Below are positions 1 to 10,221 of a DNA stretch of 64,000 bases, piece after piece. Position 1 is the first letter of the stretch; each line of letters starts with the position of its first letter. The translations under genes were made by a program, and so were the position numbers. Origin of the DNA: an uncultured Erysipelotrichaceae bacterium (GTDB taxonomy: Bacteria; Bacillota_I; Bacilli_A; RF39; UBA660); contig CADANX010000002.1 in the NCBI GenBank assembly GCA_902789425.1, forward strand, positions 31,066-95,065. The letters are read 5' to 3'. A model generated the notes under the pieces. That model made no database searches, had not been told where the DNA came from, and worked only from the letters and a program-made list of their open reading frames with translations.

Positions 1-663
1 AATAAAACTAGTAATACAAAACTAGATTTATATAATGTTAATAATGAATATAAAACAGGTTTATATGTAAAAGATAATGTTAGTGGAATTGGAACACTTA
101 CATTTATTGATCCTGAAACAAAAAAGTTTGGCGCTTTAGGACATGAAATATTAGATGATAATACTTTAAATAAGCTTAAGATTAATAATGGTCTTATTTA
201 TGATTCTTATATAACAGGTATAAATAAATCATCAAGTGGCAGTCCTGGTGAAAAAGAAGCAAGAGTTGATAGTAATGAAATATATGGTAATATAACTAAA
301 AATTCACTTAATGGTATTTTTGGTAATTATACTGGTGATGTTAATTATAATAATACAAAGAAAATAGGTGATGCAAAAGTTGGTGATGCCAAAATGCTTA
401 CTGTTACAGACGGAGAAAATGTATCAGAATATAGTATTAAAATTAATAATATAAATACAAATGATGTAAATAAAAATATAGCTTTTACAATAACAGATGA
501 AAAATTACTTAATTTATCTGGTGGTGTAGTACAAGGTATGAGTGGTTCACCAATAATTCAAGATGATAAAATAGTAGGTGCAATAACACATGTGATAGTC
601 GAAAATCCAAAAAAAGGATATGGTGTTTTAATTAACAATATGCTTTTAGAAACAGAAAATTAG
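1..663 (+). CDS. spoIVB: SpoIVB sporulation serine peptidase (S55), C-terminal part; the 5' end lies outside the window
   Basis: Motifs GALGHEILD and VQGMSGSPII (catalytic Ser) and a C-terminal ...HVIVENPKKGYGV... typical of SpoIVB. The ORF is open at the window edge. Confidence 0.8.
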   Translation, partial: NKTSNTKLDLYNVNNEYKTGLYVKDNVSGIGTLTFIDPETKKFGALGHEILDDNTLNKLKINNGLIYDSYITGINKSSSGSPGEKEARVDSNEIYGNITKNSLNGIFGNYTGDVNYNNTKKIGDAKVGDAKMLTVTDGENVSEYSIKINNINTNDVNKNIAFTITDEKLLNLSGGVVQGMSGSPIIQDDKIVGAITHVIVENPKKGYGVLINNMLLETEN

Positions 664-685
664 GAACAAACAAGTTCCTTTTTTT
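663..685 (+). terminator. rho-independent terminator after spoIVB
   Basis: Inverted repeat GGAAC..GTTCC followed by a T7 run immediately after the stop codon. Confidence 0.55.
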
Positions 686-686
686 C

Positions 687-714
687 TTGACAAATTAGTA
701 AAAATAATTAATAC
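687..714 (+). promoter_or_regulatory. putative sigma-A promoter for the corA-like gene
   Basis: TTGACA at 687-692 and a TAATAC-like -10 about 16-17 bp downstream. Confidence 0.4.
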
Positions 715-741
715 TATATGTAGAAAAAAGGGGATGAAAAT

Positions 742-1677
742 ATGATAAGAGTATATAAAACTAAGAATAATATGGTTGAAAAGGTAAAAAGAATTACTAA
801 AGATGTATGGATAGACTTAGTTTCGCCAACAGAAAAAGAAATAGATGAAGTTGTTAAAAAAACTGGAATTGATAAAGATTTACTATTAAAACTAAAAGAT
901 GAGGAAGAGGTACCTAGAATAGAATATGAAGATGATTCAACATTAATAGTTGTTGACTGTCCTTTTATGGAAAAAGAAGATGAAAAAACATCTTATTATA
1001 CACTTCCACTTGGTATTGTTTTTAGAAAAGATTATATTGTTACAATTTCATCAAAAAAACAAGAAGTATTAAAACTAATAAAAGATAATAAGATAAAGAG
1101 TTTAGATACATCATTTAAATCAAGATTTATTATTCAAATTCTATATCATAATACAAGACTTTATATTAAATATCTTCGCTTAATAGATAAGAATATAAAT
1201 GAAAGTGAAGAGGGTATTTATGATGGGGCAGAAAATGAAGAATTATTAAAAGTTCTTGATATTGAAAAAGGTCTTGTATACTTTATTAATTCACTTAGAG
1301 AAAACTATGTTTTAACAGAAAAAATTAATAAAGGTAGTGTTATTCCATTATATGAAGAAGATATTGATCTTTTAGAAGATGCTCAAATTGAAAATAGACA
1401 AGGTATTGATATGGCAAATACTTATAGAGAAATATTATCTAGTGTATCTAATGCTTATTCAACTATTATTTCAAATGACTTAAATGAAGCAATGAAAGTA
1501 TTAACAAGTATAACAATAGTATTTTCTGTTCCTACTATGATATCATCATTTTTAGGTATGAATGTGCCATTTAATGACTTAATTACAGGTAAATATGCTT
1601 ATATAATTATATTTATCTTATCTATAATTGTATCTTTGGTATTTGCACTATATTTAAAAAGAAAAAAATTATTATAA
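742..1677 (+). CDS. corA: CorA-family Mg2+/Co2+ transporter
   Basis: GMN signature (FLGMNVPF) between two C-terminal TM helices, with a soluble N-terminal domain. A GGGG RBS is present. Confidence 0.75.
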   Translation: MIRVYKTKNNMVEKVKRITKDVWIDLVSPTEKEIDEVVKKTGIDKDLLLKLKDEEEVPRIEYEDDSTLIVVDCPFMEKEDEKTSYYTLPLGIVFRKDYIVTISSKKQEVLKLIKDNKIKSLDTSFKSRFIIQILYHNTRLYIKYLRLIDKNINESEEGIYDGAENEELLKVLDIEKGLVYFINSLRENYVLTEKINKGSVIPLYEEDIDLLEDAQIENRQGIDMANTYREILSSVSNAYSTIISNDLNEAMKVLTSITIVFSVPTMISSFLGMNVPFNDLITGKYAYIIIFILSIIVSLVFALYLKRKKLL

Positions 1678-1692
1678 TTTAGGAGGGTTTTT

Positions 1693-2928
1693 ATGATATT
1701 TTTTGATAATACAAAAATTCATATTTCAAAAGAAAAATATTTTAATAAAGGTAAAAGTGTTACTAGTCTTAATCCTGATTTATTTACACTAATAAGTAAC
1801 TTTTATGGTTTTAATAAAGATTTAATTAGTTCTTTAATGATTAAAAATAACAAGATTTATTTTGATTTAAAAAAATTAAGAAAATATTTATGCTCATATT
1901 ATAATTTAAAAGATGACGAGAATTTACTTGATAATATAAGAGTGATTAAAAATAAATATTTAAATTCAGAATATGCAATTTTTAGTTCTAATAAAAACGA
2001 AAATGATTTTAACCATTATAAGAATAAACTTATGAGAACATCTGATAATTTATCGAAAAAAGCTAAAAAGAATTTACATAAAAGAGCTTTGAAAGAATAT
2101 AAAGAAATTAATGTTAGAAATATTAATAGATTTGAAAAATTTATACAAAATTATGATGAATACAGAAAAGTAGATTTAAGTATGATAGATTTTGATAAAT
2201 TAAATCTATGTTTAGCTTATGGATTATTTTTAAAAACTTGGAAGGTAGACAATACAGGAGAAGTATTTATAAAAAATGTAGGAATTCTTGTAGAGTATAT
2301 TAAGCAAAATATTCATTTGCTTTCAAGTGATTTTCATACAAGAGATATTAGAATGATTGATTTATATAAAAAAATGGTCGTTCTTGAAAAGCTTGCAGAA
2401 TACGAAATGAAACAAATGTTAAATGAAAAAACTAAGGAAGACACTAATAATAAGAATTTAGAAATTGAAAAAAAATCATATAGCTTTTTTGAGTACGATG
2501 TAAAAGAAAGTGATGATCCTATAAGAAAAATAGTTAAATTCTCTAGAAATGAAGAAAATGATGAGGAATTAAAATTGTTATTAAAAAGCAAAATTAATAT
2601 TTTGAAAAGTTTAAACTTTAATAAGATTTATATTGGATCAGAATCATTTAAAGGATATATTGGATTTGCATTTAATAATTATGTTTTATTAGATAAAATA
2701 TATACAGCAAATAAAAGAATAGCTAAAGGAAGTGCTATGTTTCTTATAAAAGAAGGAGATTTTGAAAAAATTACAAGAATGACTAAATCTGAAGTAATTG
2801 ATGCCATAAAAATGGGAAAAATAGATGCTGAAAGAATATATCATAGTAAGTCTTTTGAAGAAAAAGCAAAAAAAGAAATAAATAAAGCAAAAACACTTAA
2901 TTATTTATATACTAAAAATTATAGTTAA
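1693..2928 (+). CDS. hypothetical protein (411 aa, K/N-rich, soluble)
   Basis: Strong RBS AGGAGGG 7 nt upstream. Long ORF with no recognisable motifs. Confidence 0.55.
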   Translation: MIFFDNTKIHISKEKYFNKGKSVTSLNPDLFTLISNFYGFNKDLISSLMIKNNKIYFDLKKLRKYLCSYYNLKDDENLLDNIRVIKNKYLNSEYAIFSSNKNENDFNHYKNKLMRTSDNLSKKAKKNLHKRALKEYKEINVRNINRFEKFIQNYDEYRKVDLSMIDFDKLNLCLAYGLFLKTWKVDNTGEVFIKNVGILVEYIKQNIHLLSSDFHTRDIRMIDLYKKMVVLEKLAEYEMKQMLNEKTKEDTNNKNLEIEKKSYSFFEYDVKESDDPIRKIVKFSRNEENDEELKLLLKSKINILKSLNFNKIYIGSESFKGYIGFAFNNYVLLDKIYTANKRIAKGSAMFLIKEGDFEKITRMTKSEVIDAIKMGKIDAERIYHSKSFEEKAKKEINKAKTLNYLYTKNYS

Positions 2929-2942
2929 AATGTATATATCTA

Positions 2943-2971
2943 TTGACTTTTAAAGCATTTTTTGATAAAAT
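2943..2971 (+). promoter_or_regulatory. sigma-A promoter of the rplU operon (extended -10)
   Basis: TTGACT at 2943-2948, a 17 bp spacer, then TGaTAAAAT at 2963-2971. Confidence 0.5.
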
Positions 2972-2977
2972 TTTAAT

Positions 2978-3071
2978 GTTTGTGAACCCTTAGGTTTACA
3001 ACCGCACTGAAAAGGTTATAAGCGAAGCACCTTAATAGGCGAGTCTTAAATTAAAAAAAGGAGGGTATACT
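2978..3071 (+). promoter_or_regulatory. putative L21 ribosomal-protein leader (5' UTR structure)
   Basis: About 95 nt of unusually GC-rich, self-complementary leader (gtgaaccct..aggtttacaaccgcac..aagcgaagcacc..ggcgag) between the promoter and the rplU RBS. The position matches the L21-leader family known in Firmicutes. Confidence 0.35.
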
Positions 3072-3365
3072 ATGAAAGCAGTAATTGAAACTGGTGGTAA
3101 ACAATACCGTGTTTCTGAAGGATCAGAAATCTATGTTGAAAAATTAGATAAAGAAGTAGGAAGCAAAGTTGAATTTAAAGTAGTTATGGCAGACGGAAGA
3201 ATTGGATTACCATACTTAGAAGATGTTAAAGTGACTGGTGAAGTTTTAAAACAAGGTAAACAAAAGAAAATTAAAGTTTTCAAATATAAACCTAAAAAGA
3301 ATTTTCATAAAACTCAAGGTCATAGACAACCATATACAAAAGTTGTTATTAAATCAATTAAATAA
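3072..3365 (+). CDS. rplU: 50S ribosomal protein L21
   Basis: N-terminus [17 protein letters not shown], 97 aa, RBS GGAGGG. Confidence 0.95.
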   Translation: MKAVIETGGKQYRVSEGSEIYVEKLDKEVGSKVEFKVVMADGRIGLPYLEDVKVTGEVLKQGKQKKIKVFKYKPKKNFHKTQGHRQPYTKVVIKSIK

Positions 3366-3374
3366 GGAATTGTT

Positions 3375-3671
3375 ATGATTAAAATTGATTTAACTAAAGA
3401 AAATGTTATTACTATAAAAGGACATGCAAACTTTGATGATGAAGGTAAAGATATTGTATGTGCATCAGTAAGTTCTATTGCAATTACAACTATTAATGCA
3501 ATAATTGAAATAAATAAAGATGCTATTAGTTATAGTGATAAAAAAGGTGAAATTATTTTAAAAATTCTTAAAGAAGATGAAATAGTTAATAAACTTATTA
3601 ATAATATGATACTTCTTTTTGAAGATTTAGAAAAAGATTATAAAAATTATATTAAAATTATAAGGAGGTAA
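3375..3671 (+). CDS. prp: ribosomal-processing cysteine protease Prp (YsxB)
   Basis: [10 protein letters not shown] catalytic Cys context. It lies between rplU and rpmA, as in Firmicutes. Confidence 0.85.
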   Translation: MIKIDLTKENVITIKGHANFDDEGKDIVCASVSSIAITTINAIIEINKDAISYSDKKGEIILKILKEDEIVNKLINNMILLFEDLEKDYKNYIKIIRR

Positions 3672-3678
3672 TCAAATT

Positions 3679-3966
3679 ATGAAAAGATTGTTTTTAGATA
3701 TACAAAAATTTGCGCACGTTAAAGCTCAAGGTTCTACTCATAATGGACGTGATAGTGCTGGTCGTAGACTTGGTGCAAAAGCAGCAGATGGTGAATATAT
3801 TAATGCTGGTTCTATAATTTATCGTCAAAGAGGAACTAAAATATATCCAGGTAATAATGTTGGTATGGGAACTGATCATACTTTATTTGCTAAAATTACT
3901 GGTTATGTTAAATTTGAACGTAAAGGTAGAGATAAAAAGCAAGTTAGTGTTTATGAAACTATATAA
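3679..3966 (+). CDS. rpmA: 50S ribosomal protein L27
   Basis: [22 protein letters not shown]. The N-terminal extension is the one cleaved by Prp. Confidence 0.95.
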   Translation: MKRLFLDIQKFAHVKAQGSTHNGRDSAGRRLGAKAADGEYINAGSIIYRQRGTKIYPGNNVGMGTDHTLFAKITGYVKFERKGRDKKQVSVYETI

Positions 3967-3993
3967 TATCATCATTTGATGATATTTTTTTTG
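3966..3993 (+). terminator. rho-independent terminator after rpmA
   Basis: ATATCATCA ttt GATGATAT followed by a T8 run. Confidence 0.6.
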
Positions 3994-4024
3994 AATTATG
4001 ATAGAATAAATCTATGGAGGAAAT

Positions 4025-4660
4025 ATGAGATATAATGTTGTAAAAAATGCTAGTAGTATACTTGATACTAGTGATATTTTAATAAAAAATCCTGAAAATT
4101 ATAAAGGAAAATGGAAAGAAGTATTTAAGAATAATAATCCTATATGTTTAGAACTTGGAATGGGTAGAGGTGCTTTTATTGTACAAATGGCAAAAGCTCA
4201 TCCAAATATCAATTATATTGGTTTAGAACTTGATAGATCTCAAACAGCAACTGCTATAAGTAATGTAAAAGGGAAAATAGATAATTTAAAATTTATTTGT
4301 GCAGACGCTAAAGACATAGTTAATTATTTTAATAAAGAAATTAAAACAATATATTTGACTTTTTCTGAACCATGGCCAAAAAAAGGTGATGAAAAGAAAA
4401 GATTTACTCATGAGAATTATTTAAGAGTATATGATAGAGTATTTAGAAAACAAAAACATATTATATTAAAGACTGACAATAAAATATTATTTCAATCAGC
4501 ATTAGAATCAATGAGTAATTATTGGTATGTATTTAAAAAAGTAAGTTTAGATTTACATAATGATGAAAGAAATATAGAAAATTATATGACTGACTTTGAA
4601 AAACAATATTATAAAGAACATAGACAAATATATTATGTAGAAGCTGTTTTTGATGAATAA
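4025..4660 (+). CDS. trmB: tRNA (guanine46-N7)-methyltransferase, copy 1
   Basis: SAM-binding LELGMGRGAF, a FSEPWPKK-like motif and a length of about 211 aa. Confidence 0.85.
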   Translation: MRYNVVKNASSILDTSDILIKNPENYKGKWKEVFKNNNPICLELGMGRGAFIVQMAKAHPNINYIGLELDRSQTATAISNVKGKIDNLKFICADAKDIVNYFNKEIKTIYLTFSEPWPKKGDEKKRFTHENYLRVYDRVFRKQKHIILKTDNKILFQSALESMSNYWYVFKKVSLDLHNDERNIENYMTDFEKQYYKEHRQIYYVEAVFDE

Positions 4661-4688
4661 AATTTTATTATAAAAAGAGGTGATAGAT

Positions 4689-5957
4689 GTGTTTATAGAT
4701 GAAGTTGTAATTGAAGTTATAGCTGGTTCTGGTGGTGATGGTTGTACATCTTTTAGAAGAGAAAAATATATACCAAATGGAGGACCAAATGGTGGTAATG
4801 GTGGTAGAGGATCTAATATCGTTTTTAAAGTAGATAAAGGCCTTAGAACATTACTAGATTTAAAATATAAAAAACTTCTTAAAGGTAAAAAAGGTATTAA
4901 TGGAATGGGTTCTAATCGTAATGGTAAGAATGCTGAAGATATTATTATTAAAGTACCAGAAGGAACTACTGTAACTGATTTAGATACAGGGTTAATAATA
5001 GCTGATTTAACTCATGAAAATGATGAAGTTATTGTTGCTAAAGGAGGAAGAGGTGGAAGAGGAAATGCTGCATTTGCTACTCATAGTAATACAGCTCCTA
5101 ATTTCTCTGAAAATGGTGAACCTGGTGAAGCAAGAAAAATAAAAGTAGAATTAAAATTACTTGCTGATGTTGGTTTTGTTGGAATGCCGTCTGTTGGAAA
5201 AAGTACTTTAATTTCTAAAATAAGTGCATCTAAACCTAAAATAGCTGATTATCATTTTACTACTTTAGTACCTAATTTAGGTGTTGTTAAAACAAAAGAT
5301 AATAGAGTTTTTGTAGCTGCTGATTTACCAGGACTTATTGAAGGAGCTTCTCTTGGACAAGGACTTGGTATTAAGTTTTTAAAACATATTGAAAGAACAA
5401 GAGTTATTGTTCATATATTAGATATGGCAGCAGTAGAAGGAAGAAATCCGGTAGATGATTATAATAAAATAAGAAATGAATTAAATAGTTTTTCACCAAA
5501 ACTTATGAATAAACCTGAAATAATTGTGGCTAATAAATGTGATATAGAATCATTTAAAGATAACTTAGAAAAATTTAAAAAGGAAGTAAATAAAGATGTA
5601 TTTGAAATATCAGCTCTTAATAATGAAAAAATAGATGAATTATTAATAAAAATAGCAGATGTTTTAGATACTGAAGAGAAAAAAGATATTTATGAAGAAG
5701 AGCAATTTGAATCTCATGTTTTATATAAATTTAAAGAGGAAAAACCTTTTGAAATAACTAAAGAAGGAGATACTTTTGTAATTAGAGGAGAAAAGGTTGA
5801 AAAACTTCTTAGAATGACTAAATTTACTGATGAAGGTGCAAGAAGATTTGCTAATAAACTTCGTAGATTTGGTATTGATGATGAACTTGTAAAAATGGGA
5901 ATAAAAGATGGTGATCCTATTAGAATTTTAGACTTTGAATTTGAGTATAGAGAATAA
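4689..5957 (+). CDS. obg: GTPase Obg/CgtA
   Basis: N-terminal Gly-rich Obg fold (GGDGCTSFRREKYIPNGGPNGGNGGRG), G1 motif GMPSVGKST, DLPG and NKCD. A GTG start at 4689 follows the GAGGTG RBS (the ORF track starts 9 nt earlier). Confidence 0.9.
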   Translation: MFIDEVVIEVIAGSGGDGCTSFRREKYIPNGGPNGGNGGRGSNIVFKVDKGLRTLLDLKYKKLLKGKKGINGMGSNRNGKNAEDIIIKVPEGTTVTDLDTGLIIADLTHENDEVIVAKGGRGGRGNAAFATHSNTAPNFSENGEPGEARKIKVELKLLADVGFVGMPSVGKSTLISKISASKPKIADYHFTTLVPNLGVVKTKDNRVFVAADLPGLIEGASLGQGLGIKFLKHIERTRVIVHILDMAAVEGRNPVDDYNKIRNELNSFSPKLMNKPEIIVANKCDIESFKDNLEKFKKEVNKDVFEISALNNEKIDELLIKIADVLDTEEKKDIYEEEQFESHVLYKFKEEKPFEITKEGDTFVIRGEKVEKLLRMTKFTDEGARRFANKLRRFGIDDELVKMGIKDGDPIRILDFEFEYRE

Positions 5958-5984
5958 GATAAGATTAAATCTTATCTTTTTTAT
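5956..5984. terminator. bidirectional terminator between obg and spoVE
   Basis: AAGATAAGAT taa ATCTTATCTT followed by a T run. It overlaps the stop codons of both convergent genes. Confidence 0.55.
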
Positions 5985-7060
5985 TGTTTTGAAATATTCA
6001 AAATAATCCCTATTGATATCATAGTTGTTATTAAACTAGAACCTCCATAGCTTAAAAAGGGTAGTGTAACTCCTGTTATTGGAACAAGACCAACAACAAC
6101 TGATAAATTTAAAAGAGTTTGGAATGCTAATTGAAATGTTATTCCAAATACTAGATACTTAGAAAATAAATCTTTTGAATTAATTGCTATTTTTAATGAC
6201 CTATATATTATATATGAGAATAGAAAGCAAATAATAATACTTCCAAATATGCCTAGTTCTTCTGTTATTATTGAAAATATAAAATCAGTTTGTGGTTCTG
6301 GTAAATAAAAATGTTTTTGTACAGAGTTTCCAAATCCTGTTCCAAGAAGACCACTTGGTCCAATTGCAAATAATGATTGTATTGATTGAAATCCCGATCC
6401 AAGAGGATCCACCCATGGATTTAAAAATGCTAGTATTCTTTTAATTCTATATGGTGCTATTACTATTAGTCCTGTGAATCCAAATAGACCAAGTATTCCT
6501 ATTTTTGTAAAAAATGAAAAATCAACACCCGACACAAATAATAAAGAAATGGAAGTAACTAATATTATTACTCCAGTACCTAAGTCGGGCTGAAGCATTA
6601 TTAATAAAAAAGATAATGCCGGAATAAATAAAAGAGGTATAATTTCTTTTTTTATGTTTTTAACTGATTTTGGATAGTCACTTAAATATTTTGATATAAA
6701 TATAATTATAGCAAGTTTCATAAACTCACTAGGTTGTATACCAAGCCCACCAATTCCAAACCAACTTCTAGATCCATTTCTTACTGATCCTATACCTGGA
6801 ATTAAAACTAGAATTAGTAATATAAAACATATAAATATAATCTTTTTTGAATTATTATAATAGTATTTATAATCTATATTTGAAACAATTTTTAATGCAA
6901 ATAAACTTATTAAGAAAAAAATACTTTGTAGTTTTAAGAACCTAAATTCATCATTATATTTATATTTTGCCCAAATATTTGATGAAGAATAAATCATTAT
7001 TATTCCAATTAATGATAGAGTAATAATTGTTATTAATAGTTTTTTATCTATTTTTTTCAT
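5981..7060 (-). CDS. spoVE: SEDS-family lipid II flippase/peptidoglycan polymerase (FtsW/RodA/SpoVE)
   Basis: About 10 TM segments and a SEDS-like C-terminal region. It lies immediately downstream of mraY. Start chosen at MKKIDKK, which has an AGGTGA RBS (the track ORF extends to 7120). Confidence 0.8.
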   Translation of the reverse strand: MKKIDKKLLITIITLSLIGIIMIYSSSNIWAKYKYNDEFRFLKLQSIFFLISLFALKIVSNIDYKYYYNNSKKIIFICFILLILVLIPGIGSVRNGSRSWFGIGGLGIQPSEFMKLAIIIFISKYLSDYPKSVKNIKKEIIPLLFIPALSFLLIMLQPDLGTGVIILVTSISLLFVSGVDFSFFTKIGILGLFGFTGLIVIAPYRIKRILAFLNPWVDPLGSGFQSIQSLFAIGPSGLLGTGFGNSVQKHFYLPEPQTDFIFSIITEELGIFGSIIICFLFSYIIYRSLKIAINSKDLFSKYLVFGITFQLAFQTLLNLSVVVGLVPITGVTLPFLSYGGSSLITTMISIGIILNISKQ

Positions 7061-7110
7061 AGTTTCACCTAATAAATTATATGCAAAAAAAAGAAAGAAT
7101 ATTTTCTTTC

Positions 7111-8103
7111 TTAAATCCAAACACCATATACAAGTGCACCAGCACCAAGTATAAATCCAATTACATAAAATAATCTAACAATATCTTGCTCTTGCCATCC
7201 CCATTTTTCAAATGAATGATGAATAGGGCTCATAGGGAATAATTTTTTTCCTCTTATTTTTATTGAAAAAATTTGTAGTATTACTGACATTGTTTCTATA
7301 ACAAATACACCGCCAATTACAATAAGTGAAACTTCTCTGTGAGTTAGTATAGCAAGTGTTGCTATAGTTCCACCAAGAGCAAGTGAACCAGTATCACCCA
7401 TAAATACCTTAGCAGGATGCCCATTATAAACTAAAAATCCAAGTAATGATCCAACTAATATAAATGAGAATATAGCAACATCATCATAACCATCAAGCCA
7501 ACTTGAATTCCAAGTAATCATTGCATATACTAATATAGATATTGCAGATAATCCACCGGCAAGTCCATCAAGTCCATCAGTTAAATTAACTGCATTTGAT
7601 GCACCAACTAACATAAATAATATAAAGAATCCATATAAGAATCCTAAATTTATTTTTAATTTTAATGCATATATTTCTATTACTGGATTAGAACCATTTC
7701 TAATATAAATATAAAAAAATACAATTGCTAGTACTGTTTGTGCTATAAACTTTTGAAGTCTACTTAATCCTTTTTCATTACTTTGATATTTTACTTTTAA
7801 ATAATCATCTACAAAACCAATTATCGCATATCCTAAAAATACAAATAATATTATAAGTAAGTTACTTGATATATGTATCTTATCTGTTATATATAATGCA
7901 AAAATAGTAAATAGAGTTGATAATATAAATATTAAACCACCCATTGTTGGTGTTCCATTTTTACCTTTATGTGCAAGTACAAATTTACTTGTTTTTTGAC
8001 CTGCTTTAAATTTTTTTAATAGTGGCACTAGAATAAGTCCAAGTAGTACTGAGATAGTAAATCCTATCATTAGTGCAAGTACTGATTTGGCTAGTACATA
8101 CAT
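7111..8103 (-). CDS. mraY: phospho-N-acetylmuramoyl-pentapeptide transferase
   Basis: GTPTMGG, DDYLKV and MGDTGSLALGG motifs. A start at MYVLAK has the best RBS spacing. Confidence 0.93.
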   Translation of the reverse strand: MYVLAKSVLALMIGFTISVLLGLILVPLLKKFKAGQKTSKFVLAHKGKNGTPTMGGLIFILSTLFTIFALYITDKIHISSNLLIILFVFLGYAIIGFVDDYLKVKYQSNEKGLSRLQKFIAQTVLAIVFFYIYIRNGSNPVIEIYALKLKINLGFLYGFFILFMLVGASNAVNLTDGLDGLAGGLSAISILVYAMITWNSSWLDGYDDVAIFSFILVGSLLGFLVYNGHPAKVFMGDTGSLALGGTIATLAILTHREVSLIVIGGVFVIETMSVILQIFSIKIRGKKLFPMSPIHHSFEKWGWQEQDIVRLFYVIGFILGAGALVYGVWI

Positions 8104-8179
8104 AATTCTCATCTCCTTTATTTAAAATTATTATATCATAAGAATTTATAATTACTAATATATCTTTTAAATTTTACGT

Positions 8180-10090
8180 TTAATTGCCAAGCATTATTCT
8201 AATTTTACTTCCGGTAGGTACTCTTTCTCCTTTTTTAGGAGATTGATAAATGATTTTATCCCCATTACCTGTATATTCTATATCAAAATTATTTAATTTA
8301 TATTTTACTTTACTAAATCTTTTATTTATTAAATTAGGTACTTTAATATATTTTATATCCCATGCTTGGTATTTCTTTTCTTTAGCGTTATTATCTTTTT
8401 TAATATTTAAAATATTAATAGCATCTTCGAATATATTTCTTGCAATAGGAGCAGAAACGGTACCTCCATATTGAATAACTCCTTTTGGGTTATCTATTGC
8501 TACATATAAAACAATTTTAGGATTATCTACTGGCATAAAACCAATAAAAGATACTATATAGTTTCCAGATAAATATTTTCCGTCTTTTACTTTTTGAGCA
8601 GTTCCTGTTTTACCGCCAATTCTATATCCATCTATAAAAGCATTTCTACCAGTTCCATTTTTAACAACGTTTTCAAGAGCAATTCTTACTTCTTTAGATG
8701 TTTTTTTGCTTATTACTTTTCTTATAAGTGTTTTATCAAATTTTTTAATTTCAGTATTTGTTTCTGGTTCTAAAATAGATTTTACAATATATGGTTTATA
8801 TAAATATCCACCATTTATAGCAGCACTTACAGCAGTTATTTGTTGTATTGGTGTAACACTAACTCCTTGACCAAAAGAGGTTGTTGCAAGTTCAAGAGGT
8901 CCAACTTTATCAATAGAAAAGAGAATTCCTGTTGCTTCACCGTTTAAATCAATATTTGTTTTTTCTCCAAAACCAAAATTTCTAATGTATCTAAACAATC
9001 TATTTTTTCCAAGTTTTTGTCCCATAACAACAAATCCTGGGTTACAAGAATTTTCTACAACTTGCATAAATGTTTCTTCACCATGACCACCATCTTTCCA
9101 ACATTTTATTTTTCTTCCAGCAACACTAATACTACCAGGATCATAAAATTTATCTTTTTTTAAATTAATAGTATCTTCTTCTAATGATGCAGCAAGAGTT
9201 ATTATTTTAAAAGTAGAACCCGGTTCATAATTCATCCATATAGGTAAGTTTCTATTTATTTCTTCTTCAGTATAGTTCTTATAATTACTTGGATCAAAAT
9301 TTGGTCTTGAACTCATCGCTAGTATTTCACCATTATTTGGATTCATAGCAATAACAAGTGCATGTTCTGGATTATATTTAGTCCATGCATTATTAAGTTC
9401 TCTTTCAATAACCCGTTGAAGTTTATTATTTATTGTTAGTTTTAAATTAAACCCATCAACAGGTTTTTCATATATTTCACTTAGTTTTAATTTATTTCCT
9501 TTTGCATCAGAATAGTATTTAATTGATCCGTATTTACTTTTTAAATATTTATCGTATTTAAGCTCAAGCCCTGATAGTCCTTGATTATCAATTCCTACAT
9601 AGCCAATTACATGACATAAATTTTTGTTATAAATATAATTTCTTTTAGCTTCTTTTAAAAGATAAACACCTTCAATATTTAAATTATTAATTCTATCAGC
9701 TGTATCAAATGGAAGTTTTCTTCCAATAGGGTGAACTCTTTGAATTGATGTTTTTTTATATACATGTTTTTTCATTTCATCATATGATACGTTTAATATT
9801 TTAGAAAGTTTTTTAGTAGTTTCTTTTTTATTCTTTATTTGACCTGGTATTAGTACTAAAGATGTAGTAGTTAAATTATCAACCATTATATCTAAATTTC
9901 TATCATATATTTTGCCTCTATTACCTTCGATAGGGAGATTTCTACTCCATAAATCACTTGCTTTGTTTTTTACAAAATTATATTTAATTACTTGTATGTA
10001 TAATATTTTAATTATTACAGCAATAAATATAATTAATACAATTAAAAAGAATAATCTTATTTTATAATGAATACTTTTATAAAACATCAT
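8180..10090 (-). CDS. spoVD: class B penicillin-binding protein (FtsI/SpoVD-type) with a single C-terminal PASTA domain
   Basis: N-terminal TM segment, SxxK (STFK), SxN and KTGT motifs, one PASTA domain at the C-terminus and a length of about 636 aa (SpoVD-like). RBS GAGGTGA. Confidence 0.8.
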   Translation of the reverse strand: MMFYKSIHYKIRLFFLIVLIIFIAVIIKILYIQVIKYNFVKNKASDLWSRNLPIEGNRGKIYDRNLDIMVDNLTTTSLVLIPGQIKNKKETTKKLSKILNVSYDEMKKHVYKKTSIQRVHPIGRKLPFDTADRINNLNIEGVYLLKEAKRNYIYNKNLCHVIGYVGIDNQGLSGLELKYDKYLKSKYGSIKYYSDAKGNKLKLSEIYEKPVDGFNLKLTINNKLQRVIERELNNAWTKYNPEHALVIAMNPNNGEILAMSSRPNFDPSNYKNYTEEEINRNLPIWMNYEPGSTFKIITLAASLEEDTINLKKDKFYDPGSISVAGRKIKCWKDGGHGEETFMQVVENSCNPGFVVMGQKLGKNRLFRYIRNFGFGEKTNIDLNGEATGILFSIDKVGPLELATTSFGQGVSVTPIQQITAVSAAINGGYLYKPYIVKSILEPETNTEIKKFDKTLIRKVISKKTSKEVRIALENVVKNGTGRNAFIDGYRIGGKTGTAQKVKDGKYLSGNYIVSFIGFMPVDNPKIVLYVAIDNPKGVIQYGGTVSAPIARNIFEDAINILNIKKDNNAKEKKYQAWDIKYIKVPNLINKRFSKVKYKLNNFDIEYTGNGDKIIYQSPKKGERVPTGSKIRIMLGN

Positions 10091-10221
10091 TTCACCTCAA
10101 AATAAGTATATGATTTAAAAAGTATTTTTATACTTTGTCAAATTTAATATATTTTTATTTAGACTATTTACAAAATAAGTGAAAATTTGTTATAATTATT
10201 GAGTTTAAGGAGTGATTATAT

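Noticed and set aside
2334-2591. Short antisense or overlapping ORFs from the track (2334-2591, 3694-3879, 8250-8474, 13410-13661, 13944-14132, 14185-14415, 16795-17010, 19422-19616, 21612-21974, 21875-22072, 25780-26085, 28638-28859, 29184-29420, 32192-32422, 34668-34862, 43846-44031, 44208-44441, 44351-44542, 44700-44897, 45819-46043, 49733-49960, 63771-63956).
   Set aside because: All lie inside or antisense to strongly supported genes, lack RBSs, and have the low-complexity composition expected of shadow ORFs in an approximately 25% GC genome.
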